Shown: in pieces, positions 6,423 to 14,736 of the stretch
How positions within the stretch are numbered: the first letter of the stretch is position 1
Layout: each line of letters starts with the position of its first letter
IMG/VR virus record: IMGVR_UViG_3300032226_000124
Coordinates: 1-35,133 of that record
Strand: one strand, 5' to 3'
DNA: 35,133 bases
Source: a virus
Lineage: Duplodnaviria; Caudoviricetes
Position numbers and translations under genes: made by a program
The notes under the pieces: generated by a model
What the model was told of the DNA's origin: nothing
What the model saw: only the letters and a program-made list of their open reading frames with translations
Database searches by the model: none

Positions 6423-6513
6423 ATTAAAGACTATATTGACTAAATAGTCTATTATGAAAGAATATTTTAAAATCTTTACTCTATAGAGAGACAATAAAGA
6501 AAGGTAGCACTCA

Positions 6514-6729
6514 ATGGAAAATGATGATCTAGAAAGAATTTATTGGTTTTGTGTTTCTGATTGTGTTGATCTTTTGGCTCATGGCTCTACTGACATTGAG
6601 ACCTTGTTAAACGATGTCTACGAAGCCCTGAAGCGCACTAAGCCAGAATCTGGTACTTGTGTTGCCCTTTTGGCAATCATTGACCGATTGGCAGAGGAAA
6701 GGACTAGGATCAATGCTAACTCAATCTAA
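6514..6729 (+). CDS. Hypothetical protein (71 aa)
   Basis: GAAAGG RBS; overlaps the primase start. Confidence 0.65.
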   Translation: MENDDLERIYWFCVSDCVDLLAHGSTDIETLLNDVYEALKRTKPESGTCVALLAIIDRLAEERTRINANSI

Positions 6730-8335
6730 AAACAGGTTTGTAAGGCATACTGAGTGCCCTGATTGTGGCTCTAGTGACGGCAGGGCAGTCTATTCCGATG
6801 ACAGCACTTATTGTTTTGTGTGCCACAAAGCCTCTAAAACGCTCTCAGAGGGCTTCTCTGACCAAGGAAGGGGTAAGGTACTACCTATGACTCAAAAACC
6901 TGTTGTAGAGCCTCTAAAGGGCATTAGCGGTCAATTCCTAAGCATACCTGAGAGGGGTATCACAAAAGCCACTTGTGAGGCTTATGGTGTCAGACAATCA
7001 GGGACAGAACATTATTATCCTTACTGTGATGACCGAGGTACTGAGGTGGCTTTCAAGGTCAGATCAGTGGCTGACAAGCAATTCAGGTCTCAGGGCAACA
7101 TTAAAGAGGCTACCTTGTTCGGGCAGAATCGTTACCCTGCCGGTGGTAAATATCTGACCATCTGCGAGGGCGAATTAGATGCCTTGGCGGCTTTTCAGAT
7201 GACAGGCTCTCTTTATCCTGTGGTGTCAATCAAGAATGGGGCACAGTCGGCTGTAAAGGACTGCCAAGCACAGTTTGAGTACATCGATTCATTCGAGACT
7301 GTGGTGCTTGCCTTTGATGCTGATGAACCCGGACAAGAAGCAGCCCTAGCCGTTGCTGACCTGTTTGGCAGTAAGGTAAAGATCATGAAGATGTCTAAGC
7401 CCTACAAAGATGCCTGCGATTATCTGAAGGACAACAAATCTGCTGACTTTGTGAAGGCATGGTGGGCAGCAGAGACCTATGTGCCTGATGGCATTGTTGC
7501 TGGCTCTGAGTTGTTTGAGTTAGTGATGCAGCCACTGCCAAAGGCTCAGGCGCACTATCCCTATGCTGGCTTAAACGACATGACCGGCGGTATCAGACAG
7601 CAAGAGATGGTTGTGGTCACTGCCGGCTCAGGTCTTGGTAAGTCGCAGTTTATCAGGGAAGTGATTTGGCAATTGCTCTGTGAGACCAAGGACAACATCG
7701 GGATTATGTTCTTGGAAGAGTCGGTCAAGCGGACAGCCTTGTCTCTGATGTCGCTAGCGATCAATAAGCCACTGCACTTGGCAGAAACTGAGGCCACTGA
7801 AGCATCTAAGAAGGAAGCCTTTGATAAGACCCTAGGCTCTAATCGGCTGTTCTTCTATGACTGTTTCGGTAGCACAGCAATCGATAACATCATCAATCGG
7901 GTTCGATACTTCACCAAAGGCTTAGACTGCAAGTACATCCTGCTAGACCATGTGTCTATCGTGGTGTCTGCTCAGGATCATGGTGACGAGCGCAAGGCAA
8001 TCGATGAGATCATGACTAAACTTCGGATGATTGTGCAGGAAACAGGGGTTGCCTTGTTTGTGGTGTCTCACCTACGCAGGCCAGAGGGTAAAGGCCATGA
8101 AGAGGGCGCAGCCACTAGTCTGTCCCAATTAAGGGGTTCAGCAAGTATTGGACAATTGGCTGATATGGTGCTAGGATTAGAAAGGTCAGCACAGCATGAA
8201 GACCCTATCGAGCGTAATACCACTAGGGTCAGGGTTATTAAGAACCGATACAGCGGAGAGACCGGCAAAGCCTGTGCAGTCCTGTATGACAAGCACACAG
8301 GCCGTATGAACGAGATTAACGAGGAGGCACTATGA
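6713..8335 (+). CDS. T7 gp4-like DNA primase-helicase
   Basis: Zn-binding CPDC...CFVC, TOPRIM EGELD and FDAD, SF4 helicase AGSGLGKS, LDH, LRGS, KNR. Likely start ATG 6713. Confidence 0.96.
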   Translation: MLTQSKNRFVRHTECPDCGSSDGRAVYSDDSTYCFVCHKASKTLSEGFSDQGRGKVLPMTQKPVVEPLKGISGQFLSIPERGITKATCEAYGVRQSGTEHYYPYCDDRGTEVAFKVRSVADKQFRSQGNIKEATLFGQNRYPAGGKYLTICEGELDALAAFQMTGSLYPVVSIKNGAQSAVKDCQAQFEYIDSFETVVLAFDADEPGQEAALAVADLFGSKVKIMKMSKPYKDACDYLKDNKSADFVKAWWAAETYVPDGIVAGSELFELVMQPLPKAQAHYPYAGLNDMTGGIRQQEMVVVTAGSGLGKSQFIREVIWQLLCETKDNIGIMFLEESVKRTALSLMSLAINKPLHLAETEATEASKKEAFDKTLGSNRLFFYDCFGSTAIDNIINRVRYFTKGLDCKYILLDHVSIVVSAQDHGDERKAIDEIMTKLRMIVQETGVALFVVSHLRRPEGKGHEEGAATSLSQLRGSASIGQLADMVLGLERSAQHEDPIERNTTRVRVIKNRYSGETGKACAVLYDKHTGRMNEINEEAL

Positions 8336-8643
8336 TATTCAACCTCAGAGGATATCAGAAATGTAAGCAGTTAGAAGAGTGGGGGGTTCCTCACAAAGAG
8401 GTACGAACAGGTATAGTTATCTGCGAAAAGATTATGATAGCTAAGAACCACAGCAGATGGAAGAAGTTAGGCAGTTTTGATTGGTATCCTTACTATGGTT
8501 TGCGAACTCTAATCGAAGCATTGTATGATGACTGCCTAGATCAGTATGCAGACAAACAACAAAAGAGTGGTAGGAAGTTCTTATCTGTACCGATTAGTCA
8601 CGAATGGAAACACAAACAGAAACCAAAGGAGAAGAACACATGA
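8332..8643 (+). CDS. Hypothetical basic protein (103 aa)
   Basis: ATGA overlap with the primase stop; GAGGAGG RBS. Confidence 0.7.
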   Translation: MIFNLRGYQKCKQLEEWGVPHKEVRTGIVICEKIMIAKNHSRWKKLGSFDWYPYYGLRTLIEALYDDCLDQYADKQQKSGRKFLSVPISHEWKHKQKPKEKNT

Positions 8644-8705
8644 CATCTGCACTACTGATAGGCTGTTTTGCTTTTATTTCATCAATACTGAAAGGTTTAA
8701 AATGA
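8640..8705 (+). CDS. Small hydrophobic peptide (21 aa)
   Basis: AAGGAG RBS; ATGA overlaps at both ends; MTSALLIGCFAFISSILKGLK. Confidence 0.55.
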   Translation: MTSALLIGCFAFISSILKGLK

Positions 8706-8953
8706 CTGAATATTCTTATGACTATTGGAACGATGCTGACTACGACACTATGGACTACTCAGCCGTGGAGCAGCTAGAAGAGCGCATCAAAGACCTTGAA
8801 GAGGTCAATGAAGAGTTGACAGCACAGATCAAGGTTGCCGTTAAACTGATTAGCAAGTTTAATCATCCTGAAGATTATGGGCACTTGCTCGACTCTGATG
8901 CAAAGCGTGAAGTAATGGACTTTCTAAAAATCTACGGAGATTATCTAAAATGA
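8702..8953 (+). CDS. Hypothetical coiled-coil protein (83 aa)
   Basis: ATG 8702 after GAAAGG; heptad-like LEERIKDLEEVNEEL. Confidence 0.7.
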   Translation: MTEYSYDYWNDADYDTMDYSAVEQLEERIKDLEEVNEELTAQIKVAVKLISKFNHPEDYGHLLDSDAKREVMDFLKIYGDYLK

Positions 8954-9195
8954 AACTAGAACTGGAGGTGGATACCTATGTTGGACTGGGCGATGGTGGT
9001 AATGTTGAGTGTCTTATTTTTACTGATGACAGCCCCATTCCTGCTATGACAGCAGATAAGAAGTTGGAAGCACTGACGCTGGAGTTCATTGAACTGCGCC
9101 AGGCACAGGGCAAGTTCTCGCCTGACCATGAAGCCCAAAGACAGGCACTCATGAACGCATTTGAAGACTGCCTAGCACTGCTGAAGCAAGCATGA
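8950..9195 (+). CDS. Hypothetical protein (81 aa)
   Basis: ATGA-coupled; GGAG RBS. Confidence 0.7.
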   Translation: MKLELEVDTYVGLGDGGNVECLIFTDDSPIPAMTADKKLEALTLEFIELRQAQGKFSPDHEAQRQALMNAFEDCLALLKQA

Positions 9196-9338
9196 GTAGC
9201 TGGCTTATCATTTTAACCGGCTGCATCTATGCCTACATTGCAGCAGAGCAGGGCATGAAGGGTAACATTGCTCTTCTGGTGGTGTATGCCGGTTATGCCT
9301 TTTCTAACGTAGGTCTTTATTGGATGGCTACAAAATGA
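9192..9338 (+). CDS. Small membrane protein (48 aa)
   Basis: ATGA-coupled; MSSWLIILTGCIYAYIAAEQGMKGNIALLVVYAGYAFSNVGLYWMATK has two hydrophobic segments. Confidence 0.7.
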   Translation: MSSWLIILTGCIYAYIAAEQGMKGNIALLVVYAGYAFSNVGLYWMATK

Positions 9339-9406
9339 CTAACTACCTGCTTTTTCTGTTATTTGTCATTATCTTCGCCCTTTGGCTGGCTTCTAAGGAG
9401 GATTAA
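9335..9406 (+). CDS. Small membrane peptide (23 aa)
   Basis: ATGA-coupled; MTNYLLFLLFVIIFALWLASKED. Confidence 0.55.
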   Translation: MTNYLLFLLFVIIFALWLASKED

Positions 9407-9652
9407 ATGTCTAAGCAACGAGTGTCTGGTGTGCCCTATGAGGTTGAACTTAGTCCCTACAACCCATTAGATTACATAAAAACTAAGGCTGACTTGGATG
9501 CTTATGTGTCTGCCTACTGTGCCGAGTTAGAGCGTGAGAACGCTACGATGAGGGCTAGGATGGAAAGGCTTGAGGATGAGAACCGCACACTAGATGCCTT
9601 GGTGTTCAAGTTAAACACAGAACTGATAAACCTGAAGAACACCATCAAATGA
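9407..9652 (+). CDS. Hypothetical coiled-coil protein (81 aa)
   Basis: AAGGAGG RBS; ELERENATMRARMERLE. Confidence 0.75.
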   Translation: MSKQRVSGVPYEVELSPYNPLDYIKTKADLDAYVSAYCAELERENATMRARMERLEDENRTLDALVFKLNTELINLKNTIK

Positions 9653-9837
9653 GTCCATGTAAAACAATTTGCAAAGTTGATCAAACAGGTGTATATTGTA
9701 TTGCCTGCTTTAGACTGATGTCAGAGATTGAGCAGTGGCCTACTATGGACGATACACAGAAGGCATTTGTGGTAGCAGCTTCAGAGTTAAGGAGGATAGC
9801 AAATGAAGCCGATAAGCGTTACAAGCGTAATAAATAA
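9649..9837 (+). CDS. DUF1289-like Cys-rich protein
   Basis: SPC..IC......C..C.R...EI..W signature. Confidence 0.75.
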   Translation: MSPCKTICKVDQTGVYCIACFRLMSEIEQWPTMDDTQKAFVVAASELRRIANEADKRYKRNK

Positions 9838-10009
9838 GAGTGGTGTCCTGACGTTGTACCTATTAACAGATGACGGCAAATTACTAAAGAAGAGCGAAGA
9901 TGAATCATGCTGGACAGAAGTCGATAGTTTTCCTGGACATAGAGACAAACTCCCAGTTGAGCCAGATCCACCTATGCGTAACAAAGGAACTAAGAAGCGG
10001 AGAAGTTAG
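9803..10009 (+). CDS. Hypothetical protein overlapping the polymerase 5' end
   Basis: Strong TAAGGAGG RBS; 68 aa. Confidence 0.6.
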   Translation: MKPISVTSVINKSGVLTLYLLTDDGKLLKKSEDESCWTEVDSFPGHRDKLPVEPDPPMRNKGTKKRRS

Positions 10010-11636
10010 ATGTCATCACAAGGCAGACACTTTATTAAAAATGTTAGAGGAACAACCACAAGTAGTAGCGCACAACGGAATCAGCTTCGACTTCCCAATC
10101 TTGAACAGGCTATGGAATACGAAGATAACTCCGTCGATGTGCATAGACACCCTAGTCATGTCAAGGCTGATGAGTCCAAACAGAGAAAGCGGACACAGCC
10201 TAGAAAGCTGGGGCAACAGGCTAGGAAGGAAGAAGATAGACTACAAGAGGGTATGGCACAGGATCAACAAACTCTCTTTTGATAAGAAGAGCACTCTACC
10301 GTTTGACCAGCCACACATGGGTTTGCTTGAGAAGTATTGCAGGCGTGATGTAGAAGTACTGGAGTTAACTTACTTTGAACTTTTAAAGGAGAAGGACAAT
10401 TATGGTTTCTCGGAAAAGAGTATCGAACTCGAACACAAAGTCGCAGCCATCATCTATAAGCAAGAGCGAAACGGTTTTAAATTCGATCTGCCAAAAGCTA
10501 TGGTACTTCTGGCAGGACTTAAAGATAAAATGGGCACAATTGAGGCATCCCTACAGTTCATCTTTCCTCCAATCACAACCGAGCGTTATTCAGAGAAAAC
10601 TGGAAAGAAACTCAAGGACGATATCGAGGTCTTCAACCCCGGCTCGAGGCAGCAAATCGCCAAGCGCCTCCAAGAGAAAGGTTGGAAGCCGACCAAGCAC
10701 ACCGAAAAAGGTCAAGTGATTGTCGATGAATCAACTCTTGCAAATGTTGATATTCCAGAGGCCCAAGCAATCGCAGAATACCTTTTGCTTCAGAAACGGG
10801 TGGCTATGGTTGAGTCGTGGATTGAGAATACGACAGACGACCACAGGATTCACGGTAAAGTCATCACCAACGGAGCAGTCACGGGACGAATGACACACCA
10901 CAGCCCTAACATGGCTCAGGTTCCTTCCGTGGGTTCTCCCTATGGTGAGGACTGCCGTGGCCTCTTCACCGTGCCAAAGGGCTATAAATTGGTTGGTGCT
11001 GATGCAAGCGGGTTAGAGTTGCGTATGTTGGCTCACTACATGAAGGATCAGGATTATGTTAAAACGGTCACGGAAGGTTCGCAGGATCTGGGAACTGATG
11101 TACATACCAAGAACCAGCAAGCTGCGGGGTTATCTACAAGGGCGCAAGCCAAAACGTTTATCTATGCATTCCTCTATGGCGCAGGGGCTACCAAAATCGG
11201 GTCGATTGTTGGTGGTTCAGCCAAGGAAGGGCAAAGGCTCATCGATTCTTTTCTTAGGAACACGCCAGCTTTGCAGGCTCTTCGCAGCACGGTTGACAAA
11301 CTCTCCGATAAAGGGCACTTACCGGGTCTTGATGGACGTAGGTTATTCGTTCGCTCCGAACACGCAGCCCTCAACACACTTTTACAAGGTGCTGGTGCGA
11401 TAGTGATGAAGCAGGCTCTGGTGTTCTTAGACGAGAGTATCCGTAGGAGCAACCTAGATGCCAAGTTTGTGGTCAATGTGCACGACGAGTTCCAGTTAGA
11501 AGTCAAGGAAGAACACGCACAAAGAGTAGGGTTTTTAGCAGTAGAGAGCATCAGAAAAGCAGGCAGGACCCTTAAACTACGCTGCCCCTTGGACGGCGAA
11601 TACAAGATTGGAGATAATTGGTGTCAAACGCACTAG
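9900..11636 (+). CDS. Family A DNA polymerase (T7 gp5-like, 3'-5' exonuclease plus polymerase)
   Basis: Exo I DIET, Exo II HNG..FD, Exo III YC..D; motif A DASGLELR, motif B KTFIYAFLYG, motif C VHDE. Confidence 0.97.
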   Translation: MNHAGQKSIVFLDIETNSQLSQIHLCVTKELRSGEVRCHHKADTLLKMLEEQPQVVAHNGISFDFPILNRLWNTKITPSMCIDTLVMSRLMSPNRESGHSLESWGNRLGRKKIDYKRVWHRINKLSFDKKSTLPFDQPHMGLLEKYCRRDVEVLELTYFELLKEKDNYGFSEKSIELEHKVAAIIYKQERNGFKFDLPKAMVLLAGLKDKMGTIEASLQFIFPPITTERYSEKTGKKLKDDIEVFNPGSRQQIAKRLQEKGWKPTKHTEKGQVIVDESTLANVDIPEAQAIAEYLLLQKRVAMVESWIENTTDDHRIHGKVITNGAVTGRMTHHSPNMAQVPSVGSPYGEDCRGLFTVPKGYKLVGADASGLELRMLAHYMKDQDYVKTVTEGSQDLGTDVHTKNQQAAGLSTRAQAKTFIYAFLYGAGATKIGSIVGGSAKEGQRLIDSFLRNTPALQALRSTVDKLSDKGHLPGLDGRRLFVRSEHAALNTLLQGAGAIVMKQALVFLDESIRRSNLDAKFVVNVHDEFQLEVKEEHAQRVGFLAVESIRKAGRTLKLRCPLDGEYKIGDNWCQTH

Positions 11637-11821
11637 ACGACTTTAAGGACCTTGGGGAGCCAGAGTCTGCTTTGATGATAGCGGTCATCAACGGGGCCAT
11701 CCATGTGGCCTACAGTAAAGATTTAACAAATAAATATGAAGAAATGCTTGACATACTAGAAACTGCCTGTATAATGATTTCTGAAGCAGCAGAACCGAAG
11801 TCTAACAAAATTACTCACTAA
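11621..11821 (+). CDS. Hypothetical protein (66 aa)
   Basis: GGAG RBS then GTG; overlaps the polymerase stop. Confidence 0.6.
   Translation: MSNALDDFKDLGEPESALMIAVINGAIHVAYSKDLTNKYEEMLDILETACIMISEAAEPKSNKITH
11748..11775 (+). promoter_or_regulatory. Consensus sigma70 promoter upstream of ssb
   Basis: TTGACA-16 nt-TATAAT. Confidence 0.8.
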
Positions 11822-11838
11822 CCTAAAAGGAGAATTAT

Positions 11839-12252
11839 ATGAGTGATGCAAAGCCGGTTACAGTTAAAGCCACCGTTATGTGGTGTAACCATAATAAACT
11901 CAACGAGATGTCTAACAAGTATCAGCTTGAGTTGACTAACCTTAGTGACAATGCAGTCAAGGCTCTTGAAGGTATTGGCCTGGAAGTACGCAAGCGTGAA
12001 GACAAGCCAGAGAAAGGCTTCTACATTACTTGCAAGTCTGTGCGTCAGATGGACAAGATTTTTGATAAGACTGGTGCTAGTCTGATCGATGTAGCCATCG
12101 GCAACGGCTCTTCAGGCACTGCTGTTGTCGGTACCTACGAGTGGGCTTTCAAGAACAAGAAAGGCCTGTCTGCTTCGTTGATCAAGATGACCATTGATAA
12201 CCTGGTCGCCTATGATGCCGAAGACGCTCCAGTAACGGAAGAAGCCCTGTAA
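11839..12252 (+). CDS. Single-stranded DNA-binding protein (gp2.5-like)
   Basis: Lies between polymerase and exonuclease; KYQLEL, IGNGS motif, acidic tail; AAGGAG RBS. Confidence 0.75.
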   Translation: MSDAKPVTVKATVMWCNHNKLNEMSNKYQLELTNLSDNAVKALEGIGLEVRKREDKPEKGFYITCKSVRQMDKIFDKTGASLIDVAIGNGSSGTAVVGTYEWAFKNKKGLSASLIKMTIDNLVAYDAEDAPVTEEAL

Positions 12253-12929
12253 TGATTGCTTTGGTAGACGGTGACATCGTAGCCTACACAGTAGCTGCTG
12301 GCTGTGAGGACTACGATGAGAAGACCGCCTTATCAAAGTGCTCAGAGTACTTGGAAGACTTAGTCTTTATACACGCTGACTGTTCTGATGCCGAAGGCTT
12401 TATTACCGGCTATGAGAACTTCCGTATCAGCATTGCAAAGACTAAGCCCTACAAGGGAACTAGGACACAGGACAAGCCAAAGCATTTAAACCTGCTTAGG
12501 GATTATCTGACTTCGGCTTGGGGGTTTTCTGTGGAGCAATATCAAGAAGCTGATGATGCCCTTGGTATTGCTGCCTATTCTATGGAACCTGAAGACTATA
12601 TCATTTGCACGACAGACAAGGATCTGAACATGATTCGTGGCTGGCATTATAATATGCGTAAGAATGAGAAGTTTTGGGTGGATGAAGATGACACCCTGTA
12701 TAATTTCTACACACAAGTCCTCACTGGGGACCGTGTTGACAATATACCGGGATTGCATGGAATAGGCCCTAAGAAGGCTGAGAAGATACTAAAGGGCTGT
12801 AAGACTGAAGACCAACTCTATGAGGCAGTATTGAAGGCTTATGACAACAATGAGGAATACTTATGCGAACAGGCGCAGTTACTATGGATACGAAGAAAGC
12901 CAAATCAACTTTGGAGAAAGCCCCGATAA
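12252..12929 (+). CDS. 5'-3' exonuclease (T7 gp6/FEN-like)
   Basis: DGD, YKGTR, EADD, DKD, GDRVDNIPG, GIGPKKA motifs. Confidence 0.93.
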   Translation: MIALVDGDIVAYTVAAGCEDYDEKTALSKCSEYLEDLVFIHADCSDAEGFITGYENFRISIAKTKPYKGTRTQDKPKHLNLLRDYLTSAWGFSVEQYQEADDALGIAAYSMEPEDYIICTTDKDLNMIRGWHYNMRKNEKFWVDEDDTLYNFYTQVLTGDRVDNIPGLHGIGPKKAEKILKGCKTEDQLYEAVLKAYDNNEEYLCEQAQLLWIRRKPNQLWRKPR

Positions 12930-13225
12930 TCTATATCGAGTGGGTGGATGCCGTAGCTGATGTCGAATGGCAAGAGAATGTCAAACCAGAAATCCATGCG
13001 TGTAAAAGCATCGGTTGGCTTGTTGGTGAAACAGAAGAAGCCATCTGTATCGCCTGCACGGTCAGCATGGAAAGCAGTAATGCCCGGATGCACATACCAA
13101 AGGCTTGGATTAAAAACAGAAAGGAAATCAGCTTTGAAGCCATCGTCAGCGAAAGCAAAAGGGCGAGTCCTGCAACAAGCCGTAAGGGACCTAATCTTAG
13201 CAAAGTTCAATCTAGAGCAAGATGA
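12884..13225 (+). CDS. Conserved phage hypothetical protein (start uncertain)
   Basis: IEWVDA...SIGWLV.ET...IP pattern; overlaps both neighbours. Confidence 0.65.
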   Translation: MDTKKAKSTLEKAPIIYIEWVDAVADVEWQENVKPEIHACKSIGWLVGETEEAICIACTVSMESSNARMHIPKAWIKNRKEISFEAIVSESKRASPATSRKGPNLSKVQSRAR

Positions 13226-13478
13226 TGTCCGTTCAGTTAGTATGGGCGCAACGGGGGAGGATCTGCTACTCAGTCCAGCAGCCAGACGGCAGTTGCCAAT
13301 TAGTCTGGAATGCAAGTCCAGAGCAAGTATCTCTGTTTACGGATTCTATGAACAAGCAAAAGCAAATGCAGGAGGATACGAGCCAGTTGTCGTCGTCAAG
13401 CAAAACAGAGATAAGCCCTTGGTTGTGGTAGATTGTGTTTACTTTTTTGAACTATTAAGGAGAGCCAGCAATGAGTAG
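13134..13478 (+). CDS. PD-(D/E)XK endonuclease / Holliday junction resolvase
   Basis: TTG start after AAGGA; KPSSAKAKGR, SMGATGEDL, ECK, YEQA. Confidence 0.82.
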   Translation: MKPSSAKAKGRVLQQAVRDLILAKFNLEQDDVRSVSMGATGEDLLLSPAARRQLPISLECKSRASISVYGFYEQAKANAGGYEPVVVVKQNRDKPLVVVDCVYFFELLRRASNE

Positions 13479-13770
13479 TTTTCGATTTATCTATGAAGGT
13501 GGTGACTTTGAAGATGAGGGCAACAGTCCTTTCCCATCAAAGACAATAATAGAGTCCTTCCATGAGTTCGCTGATGACCAGACATGGGAAACCATTCTGT
13601 GGCAGTTCTGTAAGTTTCTTGAGCACACCGGCTTTGAAGGTGTACGAAAGCGTGTAGTCATTGAAGGCCTACGCCATGAGTGCCTCTTCCAAGACTTCTT
13701 CAACAGGGAAGTTAATACTGATGAAATCTTAGAGGACTACATCGAAGCACTAAACAAGGATGACCAATGA
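13471..13770 (+). CDS. Hypothetical acidic protein (99 aa)
   Basis: AAGGAG RBS; F..FL...GF motif. Confidence 0.75.
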   Translation: MSSFRFIYEGGDFEDEGNSPFPSKTIIESFHEFADDQTWETILWQFCKFLEHTGFEGVRKRVVIEGLRHECLFQDFFNREVNTDEILEDYIEALNKDDQ

Positions 13771-14501
13771 AACTACTGATGCTTGATATCGAAACAAGCC
13801 CCAATACTGCACATATTTGGGGCCTTCGTGACCAGTACATCAGCCCAGACCATCTGTTAGAGTCCTCCTATGTTCTGTGTTGGGCTGCTAAGTGGTACGG
13901 TTCTAAAGAGGTTATGTTCTCTTCGGTGCAGGATACAAAGCCTAAGTTCATGCTTCGTAAGATACATGACCTGATCTCTGAAGCCGATGCAGTATGTCAC
14001 TACAACGGTACTCGCTTTGACATTCCTGTGCTGAACAAGGAGTTCCTGCTGCACCATCTAGCACCGCCTGCTCCGTATAAGCAGATTGACTTGCTAAAGG
14101 TAGTTCGCAAAGAGTTTCGTTTTGCAAGCAATAAGCTAGACCATATCGCACAGAGGCTCGACCTTGGCAAGAAGGCATCGCATGAGGGCTATCAACTCTG
14201 GGTTAAGTGCATGAACAAAGACCCTGATGCCTGGAAAGTCATGGAGAAGTACAACAAACAAGACGTTATTCTATTGGAGAAAGTCTATGAGCGTTTGCTC
14301 CCTTGGCTTGGTAGAAACCATCCTAATCGTAACCTGTATAATTCCACTGGATGCCCCACCTGCGGAAGTGCCAAACTACAAAAAAGAGGTTTTAGTTATA
14401 CGACCACAGGAACCTTCCAAAGATTCCAATGTACCCACTGTGGAACTTGGTCAAAGTCAACCAAAGCCGTAAAGGAACACGCTCATGTCACAGCAGCTTG
14501 A
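13767..14501 (+). CDS. DEDD/RNase H-like 3'-5' exonuclease with C-terminal Zn ribbon
   Basis: LDIET, YNGTRFD, YNKQDV; CPTCG...CTHCG. Confidence 0.85.
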   Translation: MKLLMLDIETSPNTAHIWGLRDQYISPDHLLESSYVLCWAAKWYGSKEVMFSSVQDTKPKFMLRKIHDLISEADAVCHYNGTRFDIPVLNKEFLLHHLAPPAPYKQIDLLKVVRKEFRFASNKLDHIAQRLDLGKKASHEGYQLWVKCMNKDPDAWKVMEKYNKQDVILLEKVYERLLPWLGRNHPNRNLYNSTGCPTCGSAKLQKRGFSYTTTGTFQRFQCTHCGTWSKSTKAVKEHAHVTAA

Positions 14502-14736
14502 AACATTAGCGGACTACATAAAGGCTAGGCAGATTGGTGGAAACCATTACAAGACACAGATCCAGCCTTGGGATGTCTTCCTAGATTGGCAGATGGACCC
14601 TTGGCTGTGTAATGTGATTAAGTATGTTCAGCGTCACGCTAAGAAGAACGGCAAAGAGGACCTTGAGAAGGCAAAACACTATCTTGAGTACGCTATCGAA
14701 AACTACGACAAGATAAAGGCTGTGTATTACAAATGA
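14485..14736 (+). CDS. DUF3310 (T7 gp1.7/SaV-like) protein
   Basis: QIGGNHY, NVIKYV.R..KKNG.EDL.KA.HY. Confidence 0.82.
   Translation: MSQQLETLADYIKARQIGGNHYKTQIQPWDVFLDWQMDPWLCNVIKYVQRHAKKNGKEDLEKAKHYLEYAIENYDKIKAVYYK

Noticed and set aside
8546-8701. N-terminal extension of ORF 8546-8953
   Set aside because: Overlaps two coupled genes; ATG 8702 has the RBS.
9803-9930. Programmed frameshift fusing ORF 9803 to the polymerase
   Set aside because: No convincing slippery sequence seen, and the polymerase has its own ATG just before the Exo I motif.
12960-13133. N-terminal extension of the resolvase given in the ORF track
   Set aside because: The family-like sequence starts at TTG 13134 with an RBS; the extension overlaps another plausible gene.
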